DNA of 64,000 bases. Origin: Eledone cirrhosa (taxonomy: Eukaryota). Each line of letters starts with the position of its first letter. The stretch's first letter is position 1. The notes under the pieces are model-generated. The model saw only the letters and a program-made list of their open reading frames with translations. It was not told the origin of the DNA and did not search any database. Below are positions 1 through 13,879 of this stretch, piece by piece. The DNA lies in NCBI GenBank assembly GCA_964016885.1, contig OZ024753.1, positions 24,490,001 through 24,554,000 of the forward strand, written 5' to 3'. A program made the position numbers and the translations under genes.

Positions 1-270
1 GACAGAGGACTAACACTGTATGTAACAGACAGAGAACTCATACAGTATGTAACAGACAGAGGGTTAACACTGTATGTAACAGACAGAGGACTAACCCTGG
101 ATGTAACAGACAGAGAACTAACTGTGTATGTAACAGACAGAGGACTAACACTGTATGTAACATACAGAGGACTGACACTGTATGTAACAGACAGAGGACT
201 AACACTGTATGTAACAGACAGAGGACTAACACTGTATGTAACAGACAGTGGACTAACACTGTACGTAACA

Positions 271-2355
271 GACAGAGGATTAACACTGTATGTAACAGAC
301 AGAGGACTAACACTGTATGTAACAGACAGAGGACTAACACTGTATGCAACAGACAGAGGACTAACACTGTATGTAACAGACAGAGGACGAACACTGTATG
401 TAACAGACAGAGGACTAACACTGTATGTAACAGACAGACGACTAACACTGTATGTAACAGACAGCGGACTAACACTGTAAGTAACAGACAGAGGACTAAC
501 ACTGTATGTAACAGACAGAGGACTAACACTGTATGTAACAGACAGAGGACTAACACTGTATGCAACAGACAGAGGACGAACCCTGTATGTAACAGACAGA
601 GGACTAACATTGTATGTAACAGACAGAGGTTAACACTGTATGTAACAGACAGAGGACTAACACCATATGTAACAGACAGACGACTAACACTGTATGTAAC
701 AGACAGAGGACTAACACTGTATGTAACAGACAGCGGACTAACACTGTATGTAACAGACAGAGGACTAACACTGTATGTAATAGAAAGAGGGTTAACACTG
801 TATGTAACAGACAGAGGACTAACACTGTATGTAACAGAAAGAGGGTTAACACTGTATGTAACAGACAGAGGACTAACCCTGTATGTAACAGACAGAGGAC
901 TAACACGATATGTAACAGACAGAGGACTAACAGTGTATGTAACAGACAGCGGACTAACACTGTTTGTAACAGACAGAGGACTAACACTGTATGTAACAGA
1001 CAGAGGTCTAACTCTATATGTAACAGACAGAGGACTAACACGATATGTAACAGACAGAGGACTAACACTGTATGTAACAGACAGAGAACTAACACTATAT
1101 GTAACAGACGGAGGACTAATACTGTATGTAACAGACAGAGGACTAACACTGTATGTAACAGACAGAGGACTAACCCTGTATGTAACAGACGGAGGACTAA
1201 CACTGTATGTAACTGACCGAGGGTTAACACTGTATGTAACAGACAGAAGACAAACACTGTATATAATAGACAGAGGACTAACACTGTATGTAACAGACAG
1301 AGAACTAACACTATATGTAACAGACAGAGGATTAACACTGTATGTAACAGACAGAGGACTAACACTGTATGTAACAGACAGAGGACTAACACTGTATGCA
1401 ACAGACAGAGGACTAACACTGTATGTAACAGACAGAGGACGAACACTGTATGTAACAGACAGAGGACTAACACTGTATGTAACAGACAGACGACTAACAC
1501 TGTATGTAACAGACAGCGGACTAACACTGTAAGTAACAGACAGAGGACTAACACTGTATGTAACAGACAGAGGACTAACACTGTATGTAACAGACAGAGG
1601 ACTAACACTGTATGCAACAGACAGAGGACGAACCCTGTATGTAACAGACAGAGGACTAACATTGTATGTAACAGACAGAGGTTAACACTGTATGTAACAG
1701 ACAGAGGACTAACACCATATGTAACAGACAGACGACTAACACTGTATGTAACAGACAGAGGACTAACACTGTATGTAACAGACAGCGGACTAACACTGTA
1801 TGTAACAGGCAGAGGACTGACACTGTATGTAACAGACAGAGGACTAACACTGTATGTAACAGAAAGAGGGTTAACACTGTATGTAACAGACAGAGGACTA
1901 ACACTGTATGTAACAGAAAGAGGGTTAACACTGTATGTAACAGACAGAGGACTAACCCTGTATGTAACAGACAGAGGACTAACACGATATGTAACAGACA
2001 GAGGACTAACAGTGTATGTAACAGACAGCGGACTAACACTGTTTGTAACAGACAGAGGACTAACACTGTATGTAACAGACAGAGGTCTAACTCTATATGT
2101 AACAGACAGAGGACTAACACGATATGTAACAGACAGAGGACTAACACTGTATGTAACAGACAGAGAACTAACACTATATGTAACAGGCGGAGGACTAATA
2201 CTGTATGTAACAGACAGAGGACTAACACTGTATGTAACAGACAGAGGACTAACCCTGTATGTAACAGACGGAGGACTAACACTGTATGTAACTGACCGAG
2301 GGTTAACACTGTATGTAACAGACAGAAGACAAACACTGTATATAATAGACAGAGG
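271..2355. repeat. Tandem duplication of ~1.05 kb (39-40 monomers): ~271-1276 vs ~1323-2355
   Basis: Shared private variants in the same order: CTGTAAGTAAC, GGACGAACCCT, 26-bp GAGGTTAAC unit, CACCATATG, CTGTTTGT, GGTCTAACTCTAT, ACTGACCGAG, AGAAGACAAAC. The offset is 1052, then 1079 after one extra monomer (ORFs 933 vs 2012). Confidence 0.9.
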
Positions 2356-3029
2356 AGTAACACTGTATGTAACAGACAGAGGATAAACACTGTATGTAAC
2401 AGACAGAGGACTAACACTGTATGTAACAGACAGAGGACTAACACTGTATGTAACAGACAGAGTACTAACACTGTATGTAACAGACAGAGGACTAACACTG
2501 TATGTAACAGACAGAGGATAAACACTGTATGTAACAGACAGAAGACTAACACTGTATGTAATAGAGAGAGGAGTAACACTGTATGTAACAGACAGAGGAT
2601 AACCACTGTATGTAACAGACAGAGGACGAACACTGTATGTAACAGACAGTGGACCAACACTGTATGCAACAGACAGAGGACTAATACTGTATGTAACAGA
2701 CAGAGGACTAACACTGTATGTAACAGACAGAGGACTAACACTGTATGTAACAGACAGAGGACTAACACTGTATGTAACAGACAGAGGACTAACACTGTAT
2801 GTAACAGACAGAGGACTAACACTGTATGTAATAGACAGAGGAGTAAAACTGTATGTAACAGACAGAGGATAAACACTGTATGTAACAGACAGAGGACTAA
2901 CACTGTATTTAACAGACAGTGGACTAACACTGTATGCAACAGACAGAGGACTAATACTGTATGTAACAGACAGAGGGTTAACACTGTATGTAACAGACAG
3001 AGGGTTAACTCTGTATGTAACAGACAGAG

Positions 3030-6000
3030 GACTAAGACTGTATGTAACAGACAGAGGACTAACACTGTATGTAGCAGACAGAGGACTAAGACTGTATGTA
3101 ACAGACAGAGGACTAACACTGTATATAACAGACATAAGGCTAACACTGTATGTAACAGACAGAGGATTAACACTGTATGTAATAGACAGAGGACTGACAC
3201 TGTATGTAACAGACAGAGGACTAACACTGTATGTAACAGACATAGCACTAACACTGTATGTAACAGACAGAGGGTTAACACTGTATGTAACAGACAGAGG
3301 ACTAACACTGTATGTAACAGACAGCGGACTAACAATGTATGTAACAGACAGAGGACTGACACTGTATGTCACAGACAGAGGACTAACACTGTATGTAACA
3401 GACAGAGAACTCATACTGTATGTAACAGACAGAGGGTTAACACTGTATGTAACAGACAGAGGACTAACCCTGGATGTAACAGACAGAGGACTAACTGTGT
3501 ATGTAACAGACAGAGGAATAACATTGTATGTAACATACAGAGGACTGACACTGTATGTAATAGACAGAGGACTAACACTGTATGTAACAGACAGAGGACT
3601 AACACTGTATGTAACAGACAGTGGACTAACACTGTATGTAACAGACAGAGGATTAACTCTGTATGTAACAGACAGAGGACTAACACTGTATGTAACAGAC
3701 AGAGGACAAACACTGTATGCAACAGACAGAGGACTAACACTGTATGTAACAGACAGAGGACGAACACTGTATGTAACAGACAGACGACTAACACTGTATG
3801 TAACAGACAGACGACTAACACTGTATGTAACAGACAGCGGACTAACACTGTAAGTAACAGACAGAGGACTAACACTGTATGTAACAGACAGAGGACTAAC
3901 ACTGTATGTAACAGACAGGGGACTAACACTGTATGCAACAGACAGAGGACGAACCCTGTATGTAACAGACAGAGGACTAACATTGTATGTAACAGACAGA
4001 GGTTAACACTGTATGTAACAGACGGAGGACTAACACTGTATGTAACAGACAGACGACTAACACTGTATGTAACAGACAGAGGACTAACACTGTATGTAAC
4101 AGACAGCGGACTAACAATGTATGTAACAGACAGAGGACTGACACTGTATGTAACAGACAGAGGACTAAGGTTAACACTGTATGTAACAGACAGGACTAAC
4201 CCTGTATGTAACAGACGGAGGACTAACACGATATGTAACAGACAGAGGACTAACACTGTATGTAACAGACAGAGGACTGACACTGTATGTCACAGACAGA
4301 GGACTAACAGTGTATGTAACAGACAGAGAACTCATACCGTATGTAGCAGACAGAGGGTTAACACTGTATGTAACAGACAGAGGACTAACCCTGTATGTAA
4401 CAGACAGAGGACTAACTGTGTATGTAACAGACAGAGGAATAACACTATATGTAACATACAGAGGACTGACACTGTATGTAACAGACAGCGGACTAACACT
4501 GTATGTAACAGACAGAGGACTAACACTGTATGCAACAGAGAGAGAGGACTAACACTGTATGTAACAGACAGAGGACGAACACTGTATGCAACAGACAGAG
4601 GACTAACACTGTATGTAACAGACAGAGGACTAACACTGTATGCAACAGACAGAGGACTAACACTGTATGTAACAGACAGAGGACTAACACTGTATATAAC
4701 AGACAGAGGACTAACACTGTATGCAACAGACAGAGGACTAACACTGTATGTAACAGACAGAGGACGAACACTGTATGTAACAGACAGAGGACTAACACTG
4801 TATGTAACAGACAGGACTAACACTGTATGTAACAGACAGACGACTAACACTGTATGTAACGGACAGCGGACTAACACTGTATGTAACAGACAGAGGACTA
4901 ACACTGTATGTAACAGACAGAGGACTAACACTGTATGTAACAGACAGAGGACTAACACTGTATGCAACAGACAGAGGACGAACACTGTACGTAACAGACA
5001 GAGGACTAATACTGTATGTAACAGACAGAGGACGAATACTGTATGTAACAGACAGAGGACTAACACTGTATTTAACAGACAGAGGACTAACACTGTATGT
5101 AACAGACAGCGGACTAACAATGTATGTAACAGACAGAGGACTGACACTGTATGTAACAGACAGTGGACTAACACTGTATGTAACAGACAGAGGACTAACA
5201 CTGTATGTAACAGACAGAGGGTTAACACTGTATGTAACAGACAGAGGGTTAACTCTGTATGTAACAGACAGAGGACTAACACGGCATGTAACAGACAGAG
5301 GACTAACACTGCATGTAACAGACAGAGGGTTAACTCTGTATGTAACAGACAGAGGACTAACACGGCATGTAACAGACAGAGGACTAACACTGTATGTAAC
5401 AGACAGAGGACTAACACTGTATGCAACAGACAGAGGACGAACACTGTATGTAACAGACAGAGGACTAACACTGTATGTAACAGACAGAGGGTGAACACTG
5501 TATGTAACAGACAGAGGACTAACACTGTATGTAACAGACAGAGGGCTATCACTGTATGTAACAGACAGAGGACTAACATTGTATGTAACAGACAGAGGGC
5601 TAACAGTGTATGTAACAGACAGAGGGTTAACACTGTATGTAACAGGCAGAGGACTAACACTGTATGTAACAGACAGAGCAATGACACTGTATGTCACAGA
5701 CAGAGGACTAACAGTGTATGTAACAGACAGAGGACTAACACTGTATGTAACAGACACAGGAATCATACTGTATGTAACAGACAGAGGGTTAACACTGTAT
5801 GTAACAGACAAAGGACTAACCCTGTATGTAATAGACAGAGGACTAACTGTGTATGTAACAGACAGAGGACTAACACTGTATGTAACAGACAGAGGACTGA
5901 CACTGTATGTAACAGACAGAGGACTAACACTGTATGTAACAGACAGCGGACTAACACTGTATGTAACAGACAGAGGACTAACACTGTATCTAACAGACAG

Positions 6001-9000
6001 AGGACTAACACTGTATGTAACAGACAGAGGACAAACACTGTATGCAACAGACAGAGGACTAATACTGTATGTAACAGACAGAGGACTAACACTGTATGTA
6101 ACAGACAGAGGACTAACACTGTATGTAACAGACAGACGACTAACATTGTATGTAACAGACAGCGGACTAACACTGTATGTAACAGACAGAGGACTAACAC
6201 TGTATGTAACAGACAGAGGACTAACACTGTGTGTAACAGACAGAGGACTATCACTTTATGCAACAGACAGAGGACGAACACTGTATGTAACAGACAGAGG
6301 ACTAATAATGTATGTAACAGACAGAGGACTAACACTGTATGTAACAGACAGATGACTAACACTGTATGGAACAGACAGTGGACTAACACTGTATGTAACA
6401 GACAAAGGATTAACACTGTATGTAACAAACAGAGGACTAACACTGTGTGCAACAGACAGAGGAGTAACACTGTATGTAACAGGCCAAAGATAAACACTGT
6501 ATGTAACAGACAGAGGACTAACACTGTATGTAACAGACAGTGGACTAACACTGTATGCAACAGACAGAGGACTAATACTGTATGTAACAGACAGAGGACT
6601 AACACTGTATGTAACAGAAAGAGGACTAACACTGTATGTAACAGACAGAGGACTAACACTGTATGTAACAGACAGAGGACTAACACTGTATGTAACAGAC
6701 AGAGGACTAACACTGTATGTAACAGACAGAGGACTAACACTGTATGTAACAGACAGAGGACTAACACTGTATGTAACAGACAGAGGACTAACACTGTATG
6801 TAATAGACAGAGGAGTAAAACTTATGTAACAGACAGAGGATAAACACTGTATGTAACAGACAGAGGACTAACGCTGTATGTAGCAGACAGAGGACTAAGA
6901 CTGTATGTAACAGACAGAGGACTAACACTGTATATAACAGACAGAAGGCTATCACTGTATGTAACAGACAGAGGATTAACACTGTATGTAACAGACAGAG
7001 GACTGACACTGTATGTAACAGACAGAGGACTAACACTGTATGTAACAGACAGAGGACTAACACTGTATGTAACAGACAGAGGGTTAACACTGTATGTAAC
7101 AGACAGAGGACTAACACTGTATGTAACAGACAGCGGACTAACAATGTATGTAACAGACAGAGGACTGACACTGTATGTCACAGACAGAGGACTAACACTG
7201 TATGTAACAGACAGAGAACTCATACTGTATGTAACAGACAGGGGGTTAACACTGTATGTAACAGACAGAGGACTAACCCTGGATGTAACAGACAGAGGAC
7301 TAACTGTGTATGTAACAGACAGAGGAATAACACTGTATGTAACATACAGAGGACTGACACTGTATGTAACAGACAGAGGACTAACACTGTATGTAACAGA
7401 CAGAGGACGAACACTGTATGTAACGGACAGAGGACTAACATTGTATGTAACAGACAGACGACTAACACTGTATGTAACAGACAGCGGACTAACACTGTAA
7501 GTAACAGACAGAGGACTAAAACTGTATGTAACAGACAGAGGACTAACACTGTATGCAACAGACAGAGGACGAACCCTGTATGTAACAGACAGAGGACTAA
7601 CATTGTATGTAACAGACAGAGGTTAACACTGTATGTAACAGACAGAGGACTAACACTGTATGTAACAGACAGACGACTAACACTGTATGTAACAGACAGA
7701 GGACTAACACTGTATGTAACAGACAGCGGACTAACACTGTATGTAACAGACAGAGGACTGACACTGTATGTAACAGACAGAGGACTAACACTGTATGTAA
7801 CAGACAGAGGACTAACACTGTATGTAACAGACAGAGGGTTAACACTGTATGTAACAGGCAGAGGACTAACACGGCATGTAACAGACAGAGGACTAACACT
7901 GTATGCAACAGACAGAGGACTAACACTGTATGTAACAGACAGAGGACTAACACTGTATGTAACAGACAGAGGACTAAGGTTAACACTGTATGTAACAGAC
8001 AGGACTAACCCTGTATGTAACAGACGGAGGACTAACACGATATGTAACAGACAGAGGACTAACACTGTATGTAACAGACAGAGGACTGACACTGTATGTC
8101 ACAGACAGAGGACTAACAGTGTATGTAACAGACAGAGAACTCATACCGTATGTAGCAGACAGAGGGTTAACACTGTATGTAACAGACAGAGGACTAACAC
8201 TGTATGCAACAGACAGAGGACTAACACTGTATGTAACAGACAGAGGACTAACACTGTATGTAACAGACAGAGGACTAACACTGTATGCAACAGACAGAGG
8301 ACTAACACTGTATGTAACAGACAGAGGACGAACACTGTATGTAACAGACAGAGGACTAACACTGTATGTAACAGACAGGACTAACACTGTATGTAACAGA
8401 CAGACGACTAACACTGTATGTAACGGACAGCGGACTAACACTGTATGTAACAGACAGAGGACTAACACTGTATGTAACAGACAGAGGACTAACACTGTAT
8501 GTAACAGACAGAGGACTAACACTGTATGCAACAGACAGAGGACGAACACTGTACGTAACAGACAGAGGACTAATACTGTATGTAACAGACAGAGGACGAA
8601 TACTGTATGTAACAGACAGAGGACTAACACTGTATGTAACAGACAGAGGACTAACACTGTATGTAACAGACAGCGGACTAACAATGTATGTAACAGACAG
8701 AGGACTGACACTGTATGTAACAGACAGTGGACTAACACTGTATGTAACAGACAGAGGACTAACACTGTATGTAACAGACAGAGGGTTAACACTGTATGTA
8801 ACAGACAGAGGGTTAACTCTGTATGTAACAGACAGAGGACTAACACGGCATGTAACAGAGGACTAACACTGCATGTAACAGACAGAGGGTTAACTCTGTA
8901 TGTAACAGACAGAGGACTAACACGGCATGTAACAGACAGAGGACTAACACTGTATGTAACAGACAGAGGACTAACACTGTATGCAACAGACAGAGGACGA

Positions 9001-11370
9001 ACACTGTATGTAACAGACAGAGGACTAACACTGTATGTAACAGACAGAGGGTGAACACTGTATGTAACAGACAGAGGACTAACACTGTATGTAACAGACA
9101 GAGGGCTATCACTGTATGTAACAGACAGAGGACTAACATTGTATGTAACAGACAGAGGGCTAACAGTGTATGTAACAGACAGAGGGTTAACACTGTATGT
9201 AACAGGCAGAGGACTAACACTGTATGTAACAGACAGAGCAATGACACTGTATGTCACAGACAGAGGACTAACAGTGTATGTAACAGACAGAGGACTAACA
9301 CTGTATGTAACAGACACAGGAATCATACTGTATGTAACAGACAGAGGGTTAACACTGTATGTAACAGACAAAGGACTAACCCTGTATGTAATAGACAGAG
9401 GACTAACTGTGTATGTAACAGACAGAGGACTAACACTGTATGTAACAGACAGAGGACTGACACTGTATGTAACAGACAGAGGACTAACACTGTATGTAAC
9501 AGACAGCGGACTAACACTGTATGTAACAGACAGAGGACTAACACTGTATCTAACAGACAGAGGACTAACACTGTATGTAACAGACAGAGGACAAACACTG
9601 TATGCAACAGACAGAGGACTAATACTGTATGTAACAGACAGAGGACTAACACTGTATGTAACAGACAGAGGACTAACACTGTATGTAACAGACAGAGGAC
9701 TAACACTGTATGTAACAGACAGAGGACTAACACTGTGTGTAACAGACAGAGGACTAACACTTTATGCAACAGACAGAGGACGAACACTGTATGTAACAGA
9801 CAGAGGACTAATAATGTATGTAACAGACAGAGGACTAACACTGTATGTAACAGACAGATGACTAACACTGTATGGAACAGACAGTGGACTAACACTGTAT
9901 GTAACAGACAAAGGATTAACACTGTATGTAACAAACAGAGGACTAACACTGTGTGCAACAGACAGAGGAGTAACACTGTATGTAACAGGCCAAAGATAAA
10001 CACTGTATGTAACAGACAGAGGACTAACACTGTATGTAACAGACAGTGGACTAACACTGTATGCAACAGACAGAGGACTAATACTGTATGTAACAGACAG
10101 AGGACTAACACTGTATGTAACAGAAAGAGGACTAACATTGTATGTAACAGACAGAGGACTAACACTGTATGTAACAGACAGAGGACTAACACTGTATGTA
10201 ACAGACAGAGGACTAACACTGTATGTAACAGACAGAGGACTAACACTGTATGTAACAGACAGAGGACTAACACTGTATGTAACAGACAGAGGACTAACAC
10301 TGTATGTAATAGACAGAGGAGTAAAACTTATGTAACAGACAGAGGATAAACACTGTATGTAACAGACAGAGGACTAACACTGTATGTAGCAGACAGAGGA
10401 CTAAGACTGTATGTAACAGACAGAGGACTAACACTGTATATAACAGACAGAAGGCTATCACTGTATGTAACAGACAGAGGATTAACACTGTATGTAACAG
10501 ACAGAGGACTGACACTGTATGTAACAGACAGAGGACTAACACTGTATGTAACAGACAGAGGACTAACACTGTATGTAACAGACAGAGGGTTAACACTGTA
10601 TGTAACAGACAGAGGACTAACACTGTATGTAACAGACAGCGGACTAACAATGTATGTAACAGACAGAGGACTGACACTGTATGTCACAGACAGAGGACTA
10701 ACACTGTATGTAACAGACAGAGAACTCATACTGTATGTAACAGACAGGGGGTTAACACTGTATGTAACAGACAGAGGACTAACCCTGGATGTAACAGACA
10801 GAGGACTAACTGTGTATGTAACAGACAGAGGAATAACACTGTATGTAACATACAGAGGACTGACACTGTATGTAACAGACAGAGGACTAACACTGTATGT
10901 AACAGACAGAGGACGAACACTGTATGTAACGGACAGAGGACTAACATTGTATGTAACAGACAGCGGACTAACACTGTAAGTAACAGACAGAGGACTAAAA
11001 CTGTATGTAACAGACAGAGGACTAACACTGTATGCAACAGACAGAGGACGAACCCTGTATGTAACAGACAGAGGACTAACATTGTATGTAACAGACAGAG
11101 GTTAACACTGTATGTAACAGACAGAGGACTAACACTGTATGTAACAGACAGACGACTAACACTGTATGTAACAGACAGAGGACTAACACTGTATGTAACA
11201 GACAGCGGACTAACACTGTATGTAACAGACAGAGGACTGACACTGTATGTAACAGACAGAGGACTAACACTGTATGTAACAGACAGAGGACTAACACTGT
11301 ATGTAACAGACAGAGGGTTAACACTGTATGTAACAGGCAGAGGACTAACACGGCATGTAACAGACAGAGG
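3030..11370. repeat. ~3.5-3.8 kb higher-order repeat: two full copies plus a partial third (~3.0-6.8, ~6.8-10.3, ~10.3-11.4 kb)
   Basis: Markers: GTAGCAGAC/TAAGACTG/TATATAAC at ~3071, 6881, 10387; CCCTGGATG at ~3468, 7277, 10783 (also ~95); GGACTAAGGTTAAC at 4162, 7971; AGGCCAAAGATAAAC at ~6481, 9987. Paired ORFs are offset by 3809 (3335/7144, 4310/8119), 3560 (5579/9139) and 3506 (6788/10294). Confidence 0.9.
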
Positions 11371-11904
11371 ACTAACACGGTATGTAAGAGACAGAGGGTT
11401 AACTCTGTATGTAACAGACAGAGGAGTAACACGGCATGTAACAGACAGAGGACTAACACTGTATGTAACAGACAGAGGACTAACACTGTATGCAACAGAC
11501 AGAGGACGAACACTGTATGTAACAGACAGAGGACTAACACTGTATGTAACAGACAGAGGGTTCACACTGTATGTAAGAGACAGAGGACTATCACTGTATG
11601 TAACAGACAGAGGACTAAGACTGTATGTAACATACAGAGGACTAACACTGTATGTAACAGACAGAGGGTTAACACTGTATGTAACAGACAGAGGACTAAC
11701 TGTGTATGTAACAGACAGAGGACTAACACTGTATGTAACAGACAGAGGACTAACACTCTATGTAACAGACAGAGGGTTAACTCTGTATGTAACAGACAGA
11801 GGACTAACACGGCATGTAACAGACAGAGGACTAACACTGTATGTAACAGACAGAGGACTAACACTGTATGTAACAGACAGAGGACTAACATTGTATGTAA
11901 CAGA

Positions 11905-12360
11905 CAGAGGACTAACACGATATGTAACAGACAGAGGACTAACACTGTATGTAAGAGACAGAGGACGAACGTTGTATGTAAAAGACAGAGGACTATCACT
12001 GTATGCAACAGACAGAGGACTAACACGATATGTAACAGACAGAGGACTAACACTGTATGCAACAGACAGAGGACGAACGTTGTATGCAACAGACAGAGGA
12101 CTAACACTGTATGCAACAGACAGAGGACTAACACGATATGTAACAGACAGAGGACTAACACTGTATGTAACAGACAGAGGACGAACGTTGTATGTAAAAG
12201 ACAGAGGACTATCACTGTATGCAACAGACAGAGGACAAACACGATATGTAACAGACAGAGGACTAACACTGTATGTAACAGACAGAGGACGAACGTTGTA
12301 TGCAACAGACAGAGGACTAACACTGTATGCAACAGACAGAGGACTAACACGATATGTAAC
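11905..12360. repeat. Local 4-monomer (108-bp) higher-order repeat x4 with an 8-monomer (216-bp) super-period
   Basis: The CGTT of the variant GGACGAACGTTGTATG falls at 11970, 12078, 12186 and 12294 (exact 108-bp steps). It is followed alternately by GTAAAA..CTATCAC and by GCAAC. Confidence 0.9.
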
Positions 12361-13879
12361 TGACAGAGGACTAACACTGTATGTAACAGACAGAGGACTA
12401 ACACTGTATGTAACAGACAGAGGGTTAACACTATATGTAACAGACAGAGGACTAACCCTGTATGTAACAGACAGAGGACTAACTGTGTATGTAACAGACA
12501 GAGGACTAGCACTGTATGTAACAGACAGAGGACTAACACTGTATGTAACAGACAGAGGACTAACACTGTATGTAACAGAAAGAGGGTTAACACTGTATGT
12601 AACAGACAGAGGACTAACCCTGTATGTAACAGACAGAGGACTAACACGATATGTAACAGACAGACGACTAACACTGTATGTAACAGACAGAGGACTAACA
12701 CTGTATGTAACAGACAGAGGACTAACACTGTATGTAACAGACAGAGGTCTAACTCTATATGTAATAGACAGAGGACTAACACGATATGTAACAGACAGAG
12801 GACTAACACTGTATGTAACAGACAGAGAACTAACACTATATGTAACAGACGGAGGACTAATACTGTATGTAACAGACAGAGGACTAACACTGTATGTAAC
12901 AGACAGAGGACTAACCCTGTATGTAACAGACGGAGGACTAACACTGTATGTAACTGACCGAGAGTTAACACTGTATGTAACAGACAGAAGACTAACACTG
13001 TATGTAATAGACAGAGGAGTAACACTGTATGTAACAGACAGAGGATAAACACTGTATGTAACAGACAGAGGACAAACACTGTATGTAACAGACAGAGGAC
13101 TAACACTGTATGTGACAGACAGAGTACTAACACTGTATGTAACAGACAGAGGACTAACACTGTATGTAACAGACAGAGGATAAACACTGTATGTAACAGA
13201 CAGAAGACTAACACTGTATGTAATAGACAGAGGAGTAACACTGTATGTAACAGACAGAGGATAAACACTGTATGTAACAGACAGAGGACTAACACTGTAT
13301 GTAAAAGACAGAGGACTAATACTGTATGTAACAGACAGAGGATAAACACTGTATGTAGCAGGCAGAGGAGTAACACTGTATGTAACATACAGAGGACTAA
13401 CACTGTATGTAACAGACAGAGGGATAACACTATATGTAACAGACAGAGGACTAACACTGTATGTAACAGACAGAGGGCTAACACTGTATGTAACAGACAG
13501 AGGACTAACACTGTATGTAACAGTCAGAGGGCTAACACTATGTAACAGGCAGAGGACTAACACTGTATGTAACAGACAGAGGACTAACACTGTATGTAAC
13601 ATACAGAGGACTAACACTGTATGTAACAGACAGAGGGATAACACTGTATGTAACAGACAGAGGACTAACACTGTATGTAACACACAGAGGACTAACACTC
13701 TATGTAACATACAGAGGACTAACACTGTATGTAACAGACAGACGACTAACATTGTATGTAACAGACAGCGGACGAACACTGTATTTAACAGACAGAGGAC
13801 TAATACTGTATGTAACAGACAGAGGACTAACACTGTATGTAACACACAGAGGACTAACACTGTATGTAACATACAGAGG

